Shown here one piece after another: positions 8,846-19,786 of a stretch of 64,000 nt of DNA; the stretch's first letter is position 1; every line of letters begins with the position of its first letter. This stretch comes from Acidobacteriota bacterium (GTDB taxonomy: Bacteria; Acidobacteriota; Terriglobia; Terriglobales; Acidobacteriaceae): positions 34,783 to 98,782 of the forward strand of contig JAJZGF010000001.1 in assembly GCA_021805025.1 (NCBI GenBank). Direction: 5' to 3'. The notes under the pieces are model-generated. The model saw nothing but the letters and a program-made list of their open reading frames with translations. It did not search any database and was not told the origin of the DNA. A program made the position numbers and the translations under genes.

Positions 8846-11632
8846 TCAGTCCGGCATCGAGGCTCGCACAAGATAGTGGCCCGAGCCTACGATCATCCGT
8901 ACACGGCCGGACACAAGCTCTTCTGAAATCACTCCGGGCGCCTTTGATAGAGCCACGCCATCCACGGTGACAGCATCCACCGAGGACGACACTACCTCAA
9001 TCGTCGCGGTCGAGTTGACGGGAACGGTAAAGTGGTACTGGACTGTTCCCCGTTCGCGCTGCCAGCTGCTCTCAATCAGACCCAGCGCGGATCGATACCC
9101 ACTGCGAGCCCAGGCAAGGTTGCCGGCAACCGCGGGGCGCAAAATGAGCCGCTCCGCGCCCTTTGCCGAGAAATCCAGGTTGATACCGCCCAGCCCGCGA
9201 TAGAACCACTCCTCCGCATCTCCAAGCATGAAGTGGTCCTGCGAACTGGCCGGATTTGCATCCCATGCCTCTGTCAGCGATGTAGCGCCCTGAGTCAGCT
9301 GATAACCATAGCTGGGCGAATCTGTACGCTCCAGCATCTCCAGCAATACATCCGAGCGCCCTCCATCGAGCAGCGCATCCACCACGTAGTGGTAGCCGAT
9401 ATCTCCGGCTGTGACGTGAGTGTTGTGTGCCCGGATGTCCGCGACCAGAGCATCAAGTACGGCCGCGCGTTCCTCCTCGGGAACAAGGCCAAGCACCAGA
9501 GGCATGGCTTGCGCCGTCTGGCTGCCCTTGTCGTAGCGATGCTGTGACGCATCGAAGAAGCGTGCGTTGAAGACCCTGCGCACGGCCTCTGCCTGCTGCG
9601 CGTACCGGCGGCTCTCATCGCTTTTTCCGGCGAGTGCAGTAACGGCCTCCAGTACACGCAGGTCCTGGAAGTAGATGGCAGTCGCGGTCACGCCTGCGCT
9701 GGTGAGCTTGGAATACCCCGGAGGACCGGGGCCAATGTCATACCAATCACCGAGGCCGTAATCGATGATCCCTTCCTGCGCGCGCGTGCCGAGATAGTCC
9801 GCATAGCGCCGCATCACATCAAGCTGCGCAATCAAAGCATGAAGGTCCCCGCTTCGCTGATAGACATACCACGGCGCAAGAATGGCGGCGCTGCCCCACT
9901 CGGGCGAATCGTCGAAGATGCCGTAGCCAGGGGCGAAGACCACGTACTGCGGCGCAATCTCCGGCACCCGCCCAGCAGATGGCCCTTCGGCAGTTTGCGC
10001 GTCGGCGATATTGCGCGCCGTGGCCGCATACAGGCCCGCAAAGTCATAGTCATACAACATGGAGGGAGCCAGCAGGTGCGTCTCCTCAAGCCAGCCCAGC
10101 TTTTCACGGTGCGGACAATCAGTAAACAGGCTCTCCGCATTGTTCTCGACGGCGCGCAAGATCAGCGTATGAATGCGATTCAACAAAGTGCTGGACGAAA
10201 CAAAGCTACCTGCCTCTGCCGATGAAGAGTGGACGGCCTCGCCACGCAGACTAAGAATGCGCGCCTTGCCGGATTCCCGGCCCGTCCCGTCGTCCTCCAC
10301 CTGCACATAGCGAAATCCGTAATAGCTGAAGCGAGGGCGCCACGTTTCTACTCCACCGCCGCGCAACGTATAGCGGAACCATTGCGGCCCACCAGAGCTC
10401 CGCTGTGAAACCGTCCCGTCCCTGTTCAGCAGCTCTCCCGGCGTCAGCTTTACCGTCGCGCCAGCGGGGCCGCTCACAGAGATCGCGGGCCATCCAGCAA
10501 AGTTCTGACCCAGGTCATACACCGCGATTCCCGGCCTCGGCCTCGATATCTTCACCGGATCGTAGGTATGCAAGACGCGCAGCGGTGGTGCCATCTCCGG
10601 AGTAAGCGTCCCTCCCGGCCCGTTCACCAGTGCGACATTTTCCCAGTGCGAATCGTCAAAGCCGGCACGATCCCAACCCGCCCGTTCCCGCCGCGCGTCA
10701 TAGTCCTCGCCACCGTAGGTTGAGGAGAAGGTGATGGGGCCGCGCATCGTTTTCCATGTACCATCGCTCACAACGTCCATCACGCTGCCGTCAGCCAAAT
10801 CAACGTGCAGCCGCACTGCGCATTGCAGGGGGCCGTACACGCCCACAAATTTTGTGTAGCGGCCCGGGGTGTGGAGCACGCGGTACATTCCATTGCCCAG
10901 CATCACACCCATGGCATTGGCGCCGCTTTGCACCAGCCCGGTCACATCGTAGGTATCGTAGTAGACCGTCTTGCGATAATCGCTCCATCCCGGCGTCAGA
11001 ACATCCTCGCCTACCTTATGGCCATTGACTCGCAATTCATCCTGGCCCAGGCCGGAAGCATACAGAAGCACGCGCCGAACGGGCTTCCCGATCGAAAAGC
11101 TTTTGCGAAACAGCGGCAAGGCCTCATTCTCTGACCCCGCCTCTGCAGCTTTTCCTGCGATCCACTGCGGGGTCCAGTCAGGGGCCTGTGTCCAGTTTGC
11201 AAAATGGCTCCACGCGCTGGGATGCCCTTGCTCATCCCAAACACGGACGCGCCATACATAAGCATGTTGCGCGAGGAATGCCGGCCCCACATAGGCAATA
11301 TCCGCGGTCGCTCCAGAGTGAACAACCCCGCTGTCCCAGAGGAGTTTGCGTGGTTGAGCGCCACTGTCGGCAACCTGAATTCGATAGGCGCTCTGGCTCA
11401 CCGCATGGAGCCCTTCGGATGAAGCCTGCAATTTCCACGAAAACATCGGCGATGCCTCGGCAAGCGCCAAGGGATCGCGCTGTCCGTCACAGCGCAAGTC
11501 TGCGGGCGCGTCAAGGTGACTAGAGGGCGCGTTTGAAGAAGCAGCCAGGCTCACCGCCGCCGCACCAGCAAGCACGATCAACACGCTTGCCAGGCCTCCC
11601 GTCAGCGACAACCTGCTTCGAAGCATAGTCAT
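8846..11632 (-). CDS. Alpha-L-rhamnosidase, GH78
   Basis: 928 aa with a signal peptide. The N-terminal PMFSWKL motif and DCPHREKLGWLEETH (GH78 catalytic-domain hallmark) are present, and the size and domain order are typical. Confidence 0.85.
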   Translation of the reverse strand: MTMLRSRLSLTGGLASVLIVLAGAAAVSLAASSNAPSSHLDAPADLRCDGQRDPLALAEASPMFSWKLQASSEGLHAVSQSAYRIQVADSGAQPRKLLWDSGVVHSGATADIAYVGPAFLAQHAYVWRVRVWDEQGHPSAWSHFANWTQAPDWTPQWIAGKAAEAGSENEALPLFRKSFSIGKPVRRVLLYASGLGQDELRVNGHKVGEDVLTPGWSDYRKTVYYDTYDVTGLVQSGANAMGVMLGNGMYRVLHTPGRYTKFVGVYGPLQCAVRLHVDLADGSVMDVVSDGTWKTMRGPITFSSTYGGEDYDARRERAGWDRAGFDDSHWENVALVNGPGGTLTPEMAPPLRVLHTYDPVKISRPRPGIAVYDLGQNFAGWPAISVSGPAGATVKLTPGELLNRDGTVSQRSSGGPQWFRYTLRGGGVETWRPRFSYYGFRYVQVEDDGTGRESGKARILSLRGEAVHSSSAEAGSFVSSSTLLNRIHTLILRAVENNAESLFTDCPHREKLGWLEETHLLAPSMLYDYDFAGLYAATARNIADAQTAEGPSAGRVPEIAPQYVVFAPGYGIFDDSPEWGSAAILAPWYVYQRSGDLHALIAQLDVMRRYADYLGTRAQEGIIDYGLGDWYDIGPGPPGYSKLTSAGVTATAIYFQDLRVLEAVTALAGKSDESRRYAQQAEAVRRVFNARFFDASQHRYDKGSQTAQAMPLVLGLVPEEERAAVLDALVADIRAHNTHVTAGDIGYHYVVDALLDGGRSDVLLEMLERTDSPSYGYQLTQGATSLTEAWDANPASSQDHFMLGDAEEWFYRGLGGINLDFSAKGAERLILRPAVAGNLAWARSGYRSALGLIESSWQRERGTVQYHFTVPVNSTATIEVVSSSVDAVTVDGVALSKAPGVISEELVSGRVRMIVGSGHYLVRASMPD

Positions 11633-11929
11633 GATTCCCGTCGGCGCATTCCAGGGATTGATACACCAGCGAAGCAGAATTGTGCAATTGGCATAGCAGA
11701 TCGATTCACAACCGATGCGCGCCGCACGGTCGAATGCACCGACACCTCATAGGTTCGTACGCATAGTGTTGGCGCTGATAATCCAGGCGCAGTCCCGCCG
11801 AGCATTGTCATCGCACTTCTCCCCGAGCCGTTCGTCGTCACGCTCACCTCGGAAACGCCGATTTCGATGGTCGACGCACCCACGCTTCATTTTCCCCTGC
11901 CGCGCAGATGAGCTGTAATGCCTCCGATT

Positions 11930-12682
11930 TTAGTAAGTCGCACGACCGCCGCTCAGGTCGAAGACCGCGCCGGTCGTAAACGAATTCTCCTCTGAGACAA
12001 GCCACGCCACCATTGCACTGACCTCATTCACTTCCAAAAATCGCCCGCGCGGAATTCTGGAGAGCATGAAGTCGATATGCTCCTGTGTCATCTGATCGAA
12101 GATGCGCGTGCGGGCGGCCGCGGGAGTGATGCAATTCACCGCGATGTTCTGTTGTGCCGTCTCTTTGCCCAGAGATTTGGTCAGCGCGATCACGCCGGCC
12201 TTCGACGCACTGTAAGCCGACGCATTCGCATTACCCTCTTTGCCGGCAATGGACGCAACATTCACAATGCGTCCGTAGCCCTGGCGCACCATATGCGGCA
12301 CGACTGCATGGCAGCATAAAAACACACCAATAAGGTTGATGTCGATCACCTCCTTCCAGGTGTCGACGGGATACTCCCACGTCCTGTGGTTAGGTCCGGC
12401 GATCCCCGCGTTGGCGACGAGTATATCGATCCTGGCATGCTTCTCGACGGTCGTGGCCGTGGCCGCGGACACACTCGCGGCATCCGAAACATCAACAGTC
12501 TCAGCACAGACTGAATCGCGCCCTCCGAGTTGCCTCAAAGTCGCCGAGAGCAATTCTTCATCGCGATCCCACACGGAAACCGATGCGCCGGAGGCCAGCA
12601 GGCGGGTTGCAATGGCCAGTCCAATTCCCTGTGCTCCCCCAGTCACAACCGCGTGTCGGTGATTCAAGTCGATCTGATTCAT
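11930..12682 (-). CDS. Short-chain dehydrogenase/reductase (SDR, FabG-like); possible sugar or deoxy-sugar dehydrogenase
   Basis: This is ORF 11930..12853 trimmed to ATG 12682 (GGAGAA upstream). It carries TGGAQGIGLA (the TGxxxGIG cofactor motif), NAG, and YSASKAG (the YxxxK catalytic motif). Confidence 0.85.
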   Translation of the reverse strand: MNQIDLNHRHAVVTGGAQGIGLAIATRLLASGASVSVWDRDEELLSATLRQLGGRDSVCAETVDVSDAASVSAATATTVEKHARIDILVANAGIAGPNHRTWEYPVDTWKEVIDINLIGVFLCCHAVVPHMVRQGYGRIVNVASIAGKEGNANASAYSASKAGVIALTKSLGKETAQQNIAVNCITPAAARTRIFDQMTQEHIDFMLSRIPRGRFLEVNEVSAMVAWLVSEENSFTTGAVFDLSGGRATY

Positions 12683-13241
12683 CTGTTCTCCGTGAATGTG
12701 GGGCCGCATGGCGATCTTGCTCAAAGGCGGCGCGGCACGGGCATGGGTGAAGAATACCGGCCCGCTTATGCGGACTCGCTCGTTACAGCCTTCAGCACGC
12801 AGGAAGATGCGATCGAGGCCGTTTGGCTCGGCTTCGGCATGTTTGCCGTGCAACTTGCCGGCGACATGCCTATATTACCCTGAACATCACGCTCTTCCGT
12901 CTCGTCTCACCCGCTGACGTCCCCCGCATTATCGCCATCGAGCGCCTAACCGTGGCCAGCGTCTTCGTGGGTCAATGATCCGAGGAGCCTCACCACGCTA
13001 CCCCGCCAGCCTTCACGCCCGCTACTTCGTCAGCCAGGCTCACTCCGGCGCGCTCGCCGCGTCCATGTCCCTGCTCGAAGACAAACGGGCCCAGCGCACC
13101 GCCAGTCGCTCACGGCAAGGAGTATGCTGTTCCGTTGCACAGCCGGCCCCGCAGCACGGCAGCAGGACCCGGACCGCGCTTTCTCAGGTCTTCGTGCCAG
13201 GATCTGCGGAGCGCAGACAAGCCTGCGGAAGGGTGGGAGTC

Positions 13242-13679
13242 ATGAGCTTCAAAAAAATCCTGATTGCGGCGGATGAAAGCGTCTTTGCCGCGCACGCAGC
13301 CGATGCCGGGCTTGAACTCGCACGGCAACTCGGCGCAGAGGTTGCATTCGTCACAGTAGTGGACCCCGCAATGGCGCGCGTCACCACGGACACAGGCATC
13401 TTGCATGAACATTGGCAGGCGATGGCGCAGCGCGACGCAAAAGACCTTCTCCATGCCTTTGCGGCGCGCGCAGCTGCCACACCTCCGGCGCTTGAATTTG
13501 TTGTAACGGGCAAGCCGGCCGCCATGATAGTCGAAACCGCCAAAAACTGGCCGGCGGACCTCATCGTCATGGGCACACACGGCCGCAATGTCGTCAGCAA
13601 TCTTCTGCTCGGCAGCGTCGCCCAGGGAGTCCTGCGCCATGCTCCGTGCCCGGTCATGGTGCTGCGAGCGCAGGAATAG
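13242..13679 (+). CDS. Universal stress protein (UspA family)
   Basis: This is ORF 12975..13679 trimmed to ATG 13242 (GGGAG upstream). It begins MSFKKILIAADES and contains ...LIVMGTHGRN...LLGSVAQGVLRHAPCPVMVL, the Usp ATP-binding motif G-2x-G-9x-G(S/T). Confidence 0.85.
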   Translation: MSFKKILIAADESVFAAHAADAGLELARQLGAEVAFVTVVDPAMARVTTDTGILHEHWQAMAQRDAKDLLHAFAARAAATPPALEFVVTGKPAAMIVETAKNWPADLIVMGTHGRNVVSNLLLGSVAQGVLRHAPCPVMVLRAQE

Positions 13680-13827
13680 TAGCCGGCCCTTCGTTTCCGC
13701 GCTTTCCCTCCGCTTGGGCCTGCACCTCCTGCGCGACCAAGCCCTCGACCCCCGCTATCGCTCTCCCCCATCAGACATGCCAAAGGGGCCTCCACCCCAA
13801 AGCCGGCAAACATGATCGGCACACAAA

Positions 13828-13873
13828 GCAGGGCCGCTCCACAAAAATTATGGAGCGGCCCTGCTGCATTTTT
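13828..13873. terminator. Bidirectional intrinsic terminator between convergent usp and fba
   Basis: A perfect 14-bp stem, GCAGGGCCGCTCCA (13828-13841) with TGGAGCGGCCCTGC (13851-13864), has a 9-nt loop. TGCATTTTTG follows on the plus strand and TTTGTGTG follows on the minus strand. Confidence 0.7.
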
Positions 13874-13890
13874 GCTTTCGGGAAAGCCTG

Positions 13891-14940
13891 TTACTTTGCG
13901 GCAACCAGCGGACGCGTGCTCAGCGTGCCGTCCTTGTAACCCTTGGCGATCTCGGCAATCGACACCGGTTTGTAATCGCCGGCGTGTCCTGCCTGGCCGA
14001 ACTGGGTCATGCGCAGGGCAACCACCTTCTGCATTGCCTCGCGGGCGGGCTTCATGTAGTCGCGCGGATCGAACTTCTCCGGGCTCTCCCACAGAACCTT
14101 GCGGATGGCGCCGGTAATCGCCAGGCGATTGTCCGTATCCACGTTGATCTTGCGCACGCCGTTGCGGATGCCGAGCTGAATCTCTTCGACCGGCACGCCC
14201 CAGGTCTCTTTCAGCTTGCCGCCATACTGGTTCACGATGTCCTGCAGATCCTTGGGCACCGACGAGCTGCCGTGCATCACGAGGTGCGTGTTGGGCAGGC
14301 GCTTGTGGATGGCGATCAGCACGTCCATCTTCAGCACCGAGCCATCCGGCTTCTTTGTGAACTTGTAGGCGCCATGGCTGGTGCCGATGGCGATGGCCAG
14401 CGCGTCCACGCCGGTGCGCTCGGCAAACTCGACCGCCTGGTCGGGGTCGGTGATGTGGTCCAGGCCCGAACCGCCCGCGCCATGGCCGTCTTCCACGCCG
14501 CCCAGCACGCCGATCTCACCTTCCACGGTGATGCCGCGCTCGTGGGCAAAGTCCACCACCTTGCGCGTCACTTCCACGTTCTCTTCAAAGGTGGACGGGG
14601 TCTTGCCATCGGCCTTCAGGGACCCGTCCATCATCACCGAGGTAAAGCCCAGCTCAATCGCGCTCTTGCAGGTCTCAAAGCTGTTGCCATGGTCCTGGTG
14701 CATGGCGATCGGAATCTCCGGATAGAGCTCGCTCGCCGCCAGGATGAGGTGATAGAGATAGCGGTCCTGCGCAAACTGGCGCGCTCCGCGGCTGGCCTGG
14801 ATGATGACCGGCGACTTGGTTTCCTTCGCCGCTTCCATAATGGCCTGAATCTGTTCCATATCGTTGACGTTGAACGCACCGACGCCGTATCCGCCCTTGG
14901 CGGCCTCGTCGAGAAGCTGCCGCATGGAGACTAGAGGCAT
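13891..14940 (-). CDS. fba: Fructose-bisphosphate aldolase, class II
   Basis: This is ORF 13891..15090 trimmed to ATG 14940 (AAGGAGA upstream). [38 protein letters not shown]...VIIQASRGA and ...HGSSSVP are class II FBA signatures. Confidence 0.93.
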   Translation of the reverse strand: MPLVSMRQLLDEAAKGGYGVGAFNVNDMEQIQAIMEAAKETKSPVIIQASRGARQFAQDRYLYHLILAASELYPEIPIAMHQDHGNSFETCKSAIELGFTSVMMDGSLKADGKTPSTFEENVEVTRKVVDFAHERGITVEGEIGVLGGVEDGHGAGGSGLDHITDPDQAVEFAERTGVDALAIAIGTSHGAYKFTKKPDGSVLKMDVLIAIHKRLPNTHLVMHGSSSVPKDLQDIVNQYGGKLKETWGVPVEEIQLGIRNGVRKINVDTDNRLAITGAIRKVLWESPEKFDPRDYMKPAREAMQKVVALRMTQFGQAGHAGDYKPVSIAEIAKGYKDGTLSTRPLVAAK

Positions 14941-15113
14941 AGGAATTCTCCTTCTGGGTTGGTCCGGCCGCCTGTTCGCTCGGATCCTCAGTGGCGGGAA
15001 ATCAGCCTGTGGGGCGGCAGGAACTGCAATCGTCCTTATGGTAACAGACGCAGACAAGGAGAAAATGTGCCCCCCGACACGCGCGCGCAAGGCTCCGGCA
15101 CCCCCTTCACCAC

Positions 15114-16562
15114 ATGTGGAATAATCCCACCGTGCCCCTCGCCTCTGTCATTGCCCCCCCAAGCTGGTACCTGCTGGCCTGCGCCGCCGCAACCGTCATC
15201 TGCCTGATTCTGCTCATCGCGCAGCTTAGACTTCATCCTGCGCTCGCGCTCGTTGTGGCCGCCCTCGGCCTGGGAATCGCCGCGCGCATGCCGCTCTCCC
15301 AGGTGCCCGTCTCCTTTGCGAACGGGGTGGGTGGCCTCATGGGTCACATCGCCATCATCCTGGGCCTGGGAGCCATCCTCGGCCGCCTGCTGGCCAGCTC
15401 CGGCGGAGCCGCCGCGCTGGGCAAGGCGCTGGTCGAGGGCTGCGGCGAAAAAGGCATGCCCTGGGCATTGCTCGGCCTCGGCCTGTTGGTCGGCCTGCCC
15501 GTCTTTTTTGAGGTGGGCCTGGTCCTCATGATGCCCATCGTCGCGGCCGCCGCGCGCCGCTGTGGCAAGCCCCCCATCCTGGTCGGCATCCCCCTGCTCG
15601 CCGGCCTCTCCATCGTGCATGGCACGCTGCCGCCCCATCCCGCGGCCATGCTCGCGGCCTCCCAATTCCACGCAGACCTGGGCCGCACCATTCTCTGGGG
15701 GCTGATGGTCGGTCTGCCCGCCGGCATCATGGCCGGGCCTGTGCTGGGCTGGTTTCTCGCCCGCTTCTGGAATGCGCCCGCCCATGAGCACACCATCCTT
15801 GAAGACGCGCCGGTGATCTTCGAGCCGCAACTGACCTCCCGCGCCGACACGTCCCCAGAGGCGACCGCCGAGCCCGTCCCGGCGGCGGCCGGTCCCATGC
15901 GCGCCACCGCAGCGATTCTGCTGCCCGTCGCGCTCATCTTCCTGGGCAGTTGGGCAGACACGCTGACTACACCGCCAGCCCTGTCCAACCAGCTTCTTCA
16001 CTTCATCGGCAGCCCGGATGTGGCGCTGCTCATCGCCGTCCTTGTCGCGCTTCTCACCCTCGGCGGCCGCATTCAAACCGGCCGCCATCATGGCCGCGAG
16101 TTGCTGCGCCGCCTCACCTCGGAGTCCTTCGAACCCATCGCCAACGTGCTCATCATCCTCGCCGCCGCCGGAGGTCTCAGCGGCGTGCTGCGAGATTCAG
16201 GGGCTGCACAGGCCACCGTCATCCTGGCCCTGGGCGCGCACATGCCGCCGCTCCTGCTGGCCTGGCTCCTCGCCGCCGTCGTCCGCGTCTCCATGGGCTC
16301 GGCCACCGTGGCAATGGCCGTGGCCTCCGGCATCCTGGCGCCCATGGTCGGTCACCTCGGCGTCCGCCCCGAGCTTCTCGTCCTCGCCACCGGCACCGGC
16401 TCGCTCATCTTCTCCCAGGTCAACGACCCAGGCTTCTGGATGATTCAGTCCTTCTTTAACCTCGAAATGAAGGACACCTTCGCCACCTGGACCGTGCTTG
16501 AATCCGTCCTCTCCCTCGTCGGATTGGCAGGCACGCTGCTTCTCTCCGCCGTGCTGCACTAG
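15114..16562 (+). CDS. GntP family permease (gluconate:H+ symporter family)
   Basis: 482 aa, polytopic and hydrophobic. GntP-like blocks are present ([16 protein letters not shown]; [12 protein letters not shown]; GSATVAM; NDPGFW). Confidence 0.8.
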   Translation: MWNNPTVPLASVIAPPSWYLLACAAATVICLILLIAQLRLHPALALVVAALGLGIAARMPLSQVPVSFANGVGGLMGHIAIILGLGAILGRLLASSGGAAALGKALVEGCGEKGMPWALLGLGLLVGLPVFFEVGLVLMMPIVAAAARRCGKPPILVGIPLLAGLSIVHGTLPPHPAAMLAASQFHADLGRTILWGLMVGLPAGIMAGPVLGWFLARFWNAPAHEHTILEDAPVIFEPQLTSRADTSPEATAEPVPAAAGPMRATAAILLPVALIFLGSWADTLTTPPALSNQLLHFIGSPDVALLIAVLVALLTLGGRIQTGRHHGRELLRRLTSESFEPIANVLIILAAAGGLSGVLRDSGAAQATVILALGAHMPPLLLAWLLAAVVRVSMGSATVAMAVASGILAPMVGHLGVRPELLVLATGTGSLIFSQVNDPGFWMIQSFFNLEMKDTFATWTVLESVLSLVGLAGTLLLSAVLH

Positions 16563-16637
16563 AGCTGGATTGTCATCCCGCTTCCACTGCAGAAATTTGC
16601 TCTTGCGCCTCGGCCGGCATTCTGAGACCTTCATTCC

Positions 16638-18680
16638 ATGCCCCGAATCGCCCTGACCGCCTTCGTTGCTCTTGTTGCGTCGTTGAGCCTGCCGCACGCC
16701 GCTGTCGCGCAGACCGGCACATCAGATTCGGCAACGCCCCTCTACCCCGGCTACCCCAGCGAGACGCCTGACCGCCTCGTCCCCGTCACCGGCAGCTTTG
16801 ACTACTCCCGGCACGACGTCATGATTCCCATGCGCGATGGTGTCCACCTGCACACCATCATCCTCGTGCCCAAAGGCGCCACGCATGCGCCCATCATGCT
16901 CACGCGCACGCCCTACAACGCAGACGAGTTGACGGGGCACGCCGCCAGCTCGCATCTCGGCCCGATTCTCTACGGCTACGACAACGCCACCGACGTCATC
17001 CTCGAGGGCGGCTATATCCGCGTGGTTGAAGACATCCGCGGCAAGTACGGCTCTGAAGGCGATTATGTGATGAACCGGCCGATCCACGGTCCCCAGAACC
17101 CCACCCCCGTCGACGAGGCTACCGACACCTACGACACGATCGACTGGCTCATCAAGAACATCCCTGAAACCAACGGCAAGGTTGGCATCCTGGGCATCTC
17201 GTACGACGGCTTTCTGCCGCTGATGGCGCTCGTCCATCCCCATCCCGCGCTCAAAGTCTCCGTACCCATGAACCCCATGGTCGACGGCTGGATGGGCGAC
17301 GACTGGTTTCACAACGGCGCTTTCCGCCAGCAGAACATGCCTTATATCTATGAGCAGGAAGGCACGCGTGGCGGCGGAGTTCTGGGAGACAGCGCCGTCG
17401 ATAAATGGTGGACCTCGAACTTCGACGACTATGACCTCTACATGCGCGCCGGTTCAGCGGGCCAGCTCGGACGCGAGCACGGCCTGGAACAAATGGGCTT
17501 CTGGAAGAAGATTCTCGCCCACCCCACCTACGACAGCTTCTGGTCCGATCAGGCGATGGACAAGGTTCTCGCCCAGCAGTTCGCCGAACACGGGCTCAAC
17601 GTGCCCGTCCTGCTCGTCCACAGCCTCTGGGATCAGGAAGACATCTACGGCGCACTCGCCGTATACAAGGCCATCAAGCCGCTGGACAAGAGCAACGACA
17701 AGGTCTTCCTCGTCCTGGGCCCCTGGCACCACGGGCAGGAGATTGAAGACGCCGCCTCACTCGGCGCCATCCGCTTCGGTTCCGATACCGGCACATGGTT
17801 CCGCCAGAATGTCCTGCGTCCGTTTCTCGACCACTACCTGAAAGACGACGCGCCCTCCGACTCACAGGTCGCCCATGTCACTGCCTTTGAGACCGGCGTC
17901 AACCGCTGGCAGCAGCTCCCCGCCTGGCCCACCGACCCCGCCACAAAGCCGCTCTATCTGCAGGCAGGATTCAAGCTCAGCTTCACCGCCCCAGGGGCTT
18001 CAAAGGATTCTGCCGGAGCCGCGACAGACTCCGGTTCCAGCATGAATTCTGATCTCAAAGAGTTTGACGAGTACGTCTCCGACCCCGCCAAACCTGTGCC
18101 TTTCCGCGCGCGTCCCTCGCAGCCCGTCGGCTATGACCCGCACCTTACCTGGCCGCAGTGGCTCGTCGATGACCAGCGCGAAGCCTCGGGCCGCACCGAC
18201 GTGCTCACCTATACCTCCGATGTGCTTACCGCACCGGTCCACATCATGGGCAGGCCTCTCGTGCACCTCGTCGCCTCTACCAGCGGCACGGACTCCGACT
18301 GGGTCGTCAAGCTCATTGATGTCTACCCGGACGAGGTCGCCGGCCAGCCCGATCTCGGCGGCTATCAGCTCCCCATCGCCATGGACATCTTCCGCGGCCG
18401 CTATCGCGAGAGCTTCTCGAAACCGGAGCCAATCACGCCGAACAAGCCCCTGCTCTATCCGTTCGCGCTGCCTGCGGCCAACCACGTCTTCCTGCCCGGC
18501 CATCGCATCATGGTGCAGGTGCAGTCCAGCTGGTTCCCGCTCTACGACCGCAATCCGCAGACCTTCGTGCCCAACATTTTCTGGGCCAGGCCGGGCGATT
18601 ACCAGAAAGCGACCCAGCGCATCTACCACGCGCCAGGTGAAGCCAGCACCATCGAACTGCCCATTGTGACTGACAAATAG
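16638..18680 (+). CDS. CocE/NonD family hydrolase / Xaa-Pro dipeptidyl-peptidase (S15), secreted
   Basis: A signal peptide MPRIALTAFVALVASLSLPHAAVAQ is followed by MRDGVHLHTIILVP...PIMLTRTPY, GISYDG (the nucleophile elbow GxSxxG) and a C-terminal PepX_C-like beta-sandwich. Confidence 0.8.
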   Translation: MPRIALTAFVALVASLSLPHAAVAQTGTSDSATPLYPGYPSETPDRLVPVTGSFDYSRHDVMIPMRDGVHLHTIILVPKGATHAPIMLTRTPYNADELTGHAASSHLGPILYGYDNATDVILEGGYIRVVEDIRGKYGSEGDYVMNRPIHGPQNPTPVDEATDTYDTIDWLIKNIPETNGKVGILGISYDGFLPLMALVHPHPALKVSVPMNPMVDGWMGDDWFHNGAFRQQNMPYIYEQEGTRGGGVLGDSAVDKWWTSNFDDYDLYMRAGSAGQLGREHGLEQMGFWKKILAHPTYDSFWSDQAMDKVLAQQFAEHGLNVPVLLVHSLWDQEDIYGALAVYKAIKPLDKSNDKVFLVLGPWHHGQEIEDAASLGAIRFGSDTGTWFRQNVLRPFLDHYLKDDAPSDSQVAHVTAFETGVNRWQQLPAWPTDPATKPLYLQAGFKLSFTAPGASKDSAGAATDSGSSMNSDLKEFDEYVSDPAKPVPFRARPSQPVGYDPHLTWPQWLVDDQREASGRTDVLTYTSDVLTAPVHIMGRPLVHLVASTSGTDSDWVVKLIDVYPDEVAGQPDLGGYQLPIAMDIFRGRYRESFSKPEPITPNKPLLYPFALPAANHVFLPGHRIMVQVQSSWFPLYDRNPQTFVPNIFWARPGDYQKATQRIYHAPGEASTIELPIVTDK

Positions 18681-18706
18681 CCCGGCGCGCGCAGTGGGCG
18701 GCGCGA

Positions 18707-19450
18707 TTACATTCCCAGCACCGCCCGCTGCGCGGCAAAGATCTCCTTCAGTCCCGCTTCGGCCAGGTCAATCAATCCGTTCAACTGCGCGCGGGAATAG
18801 CTGCCCTTCTCCGCCGTGGCCTGCGTCTCCACCAGGCCGCCATCTGCGGTCATCACCACGTTCATATCCACCTCGGCCTGCGAGTCCTCTTCATAGCAGA
18901 GGTCCAGAAGAGCCGCGCCGCCCACAATGCCCACGGAAGTCGCGGCCACCAGTTGCTTCAGCGGCGACTGCTTCAGCGTGCCCGCCGTCACCAGCGCCTT
19001 CAGCGCCAGGGCCAGCGCCACTGCCGCGCCGGTAATGGCCGCCGTGCGTGTGCCGCCGTCAGCCTGGATCACGTCGCAGTCCAGTATAACCATGCGCTCG
19101 CCCAGCGCCTGCAGGTCCACCACCGAGCGCAGACTGCGGCCAATCAGCCGCTGAATCTCGTGCGTACGCCCGCCGATCTTCCCCCTCTCGCTTTCACGCG
19201 GTGTCCGCGTTACCGTCGAACGCGGCAGCATGGAATACTCCGCCGTAACCCATCCGCGCCCGGAGTTGCGCAGCCATCCCGGCACGCCCGGCTCAATCGT
19301 CGCGTTGGTCAGCACGCGCGTGTTACCCAGCGACACCAGTACGGAACCCTCCGCCGTTTGCACAAAGTCGGGCGTCAGCGTCAGCGGGCGCAACTGCGCC
19401 GGACCCCGCCCGCCCGGACGGAAAAAAGAGGAAGCATCAGCAGTCTGCAT
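18707..19450 (-). CDS. rph: Ribonuclease PH
   Basis: This is ORF 18707..19552 trimmed to ATG 19450. [19 protein letters not shown]...[41 protein letters not shown] and [13 protein letters not shown] all match RNase PH. Confidence 0.93.
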   Translation of the reverse strand: MQTADASSFFRPGGRGPAQLRPLTLTPDFVQTAEGSVLVSLGNTRVLTNATIEPGVPGWLRNSGRGWVTAEYSMLPRSTVTRTPRESERGKIGGRTHEIQRLIGRSLRSVVDLQALGERMVILDCDVIQADGGTRTAAITGAAVALALALKALVTAGTLKQSPLKQLVAATSVGIVGGAALLDLCYEEDSQAEVDMNVVMTADGGLVETQATAEKGSYSRAQLNGLIDLAEAGLKEIFAAQRAVLGM

Positions 19451-19786
19451 ACAGGGATTGTAGGGTACTGGCCAGGTCCGAAGCGGGAACCTCCTCAGCT
19501 TGTCCCGTAGCGGGATTCCCATTTCCGTAGGCCCACAACAGGAACCGCCCACAATCCACTGAAACCAAAAGCGATATGCTCAAACGGCAAATCCACATTT
19601 CCCGTTTTGAAACCCTTCCCGTCACGCGAACGTGCCCTCCCACTCCAGTCAGAGGCATACAACTCATGCCCCAACAATCACTTAGAGCCGCTGTTCAACT
19701 TTGGCACGCGGCGTGTAACAGAAGAGGACAAATCCCGGATGCGGAATCCGGCATACACAACAGACCGAGATAGAAAAGAGGACACA

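Noticed and set aside
15036-16091. 351-aa ORF on the minus strand, and similar long antisense frames at 4107-5303, 21502-22695, 59952-61067, 13184-14092 and 62842-63630
   Set aside because: All overlap well-supported genes on the opposite strand and are Arg/Gly/Ala/Pro-rich. I treat them as artefacts of about 60% GC content.
19702-19716. TGGCAC upstream of the histidine kinase gene, as a possible autoregulatory sigma54 promoter
   Set aside because: The -12 position reads GT rather than GC (TGGCACGCGGCGTGT). Half a motif is not enough.
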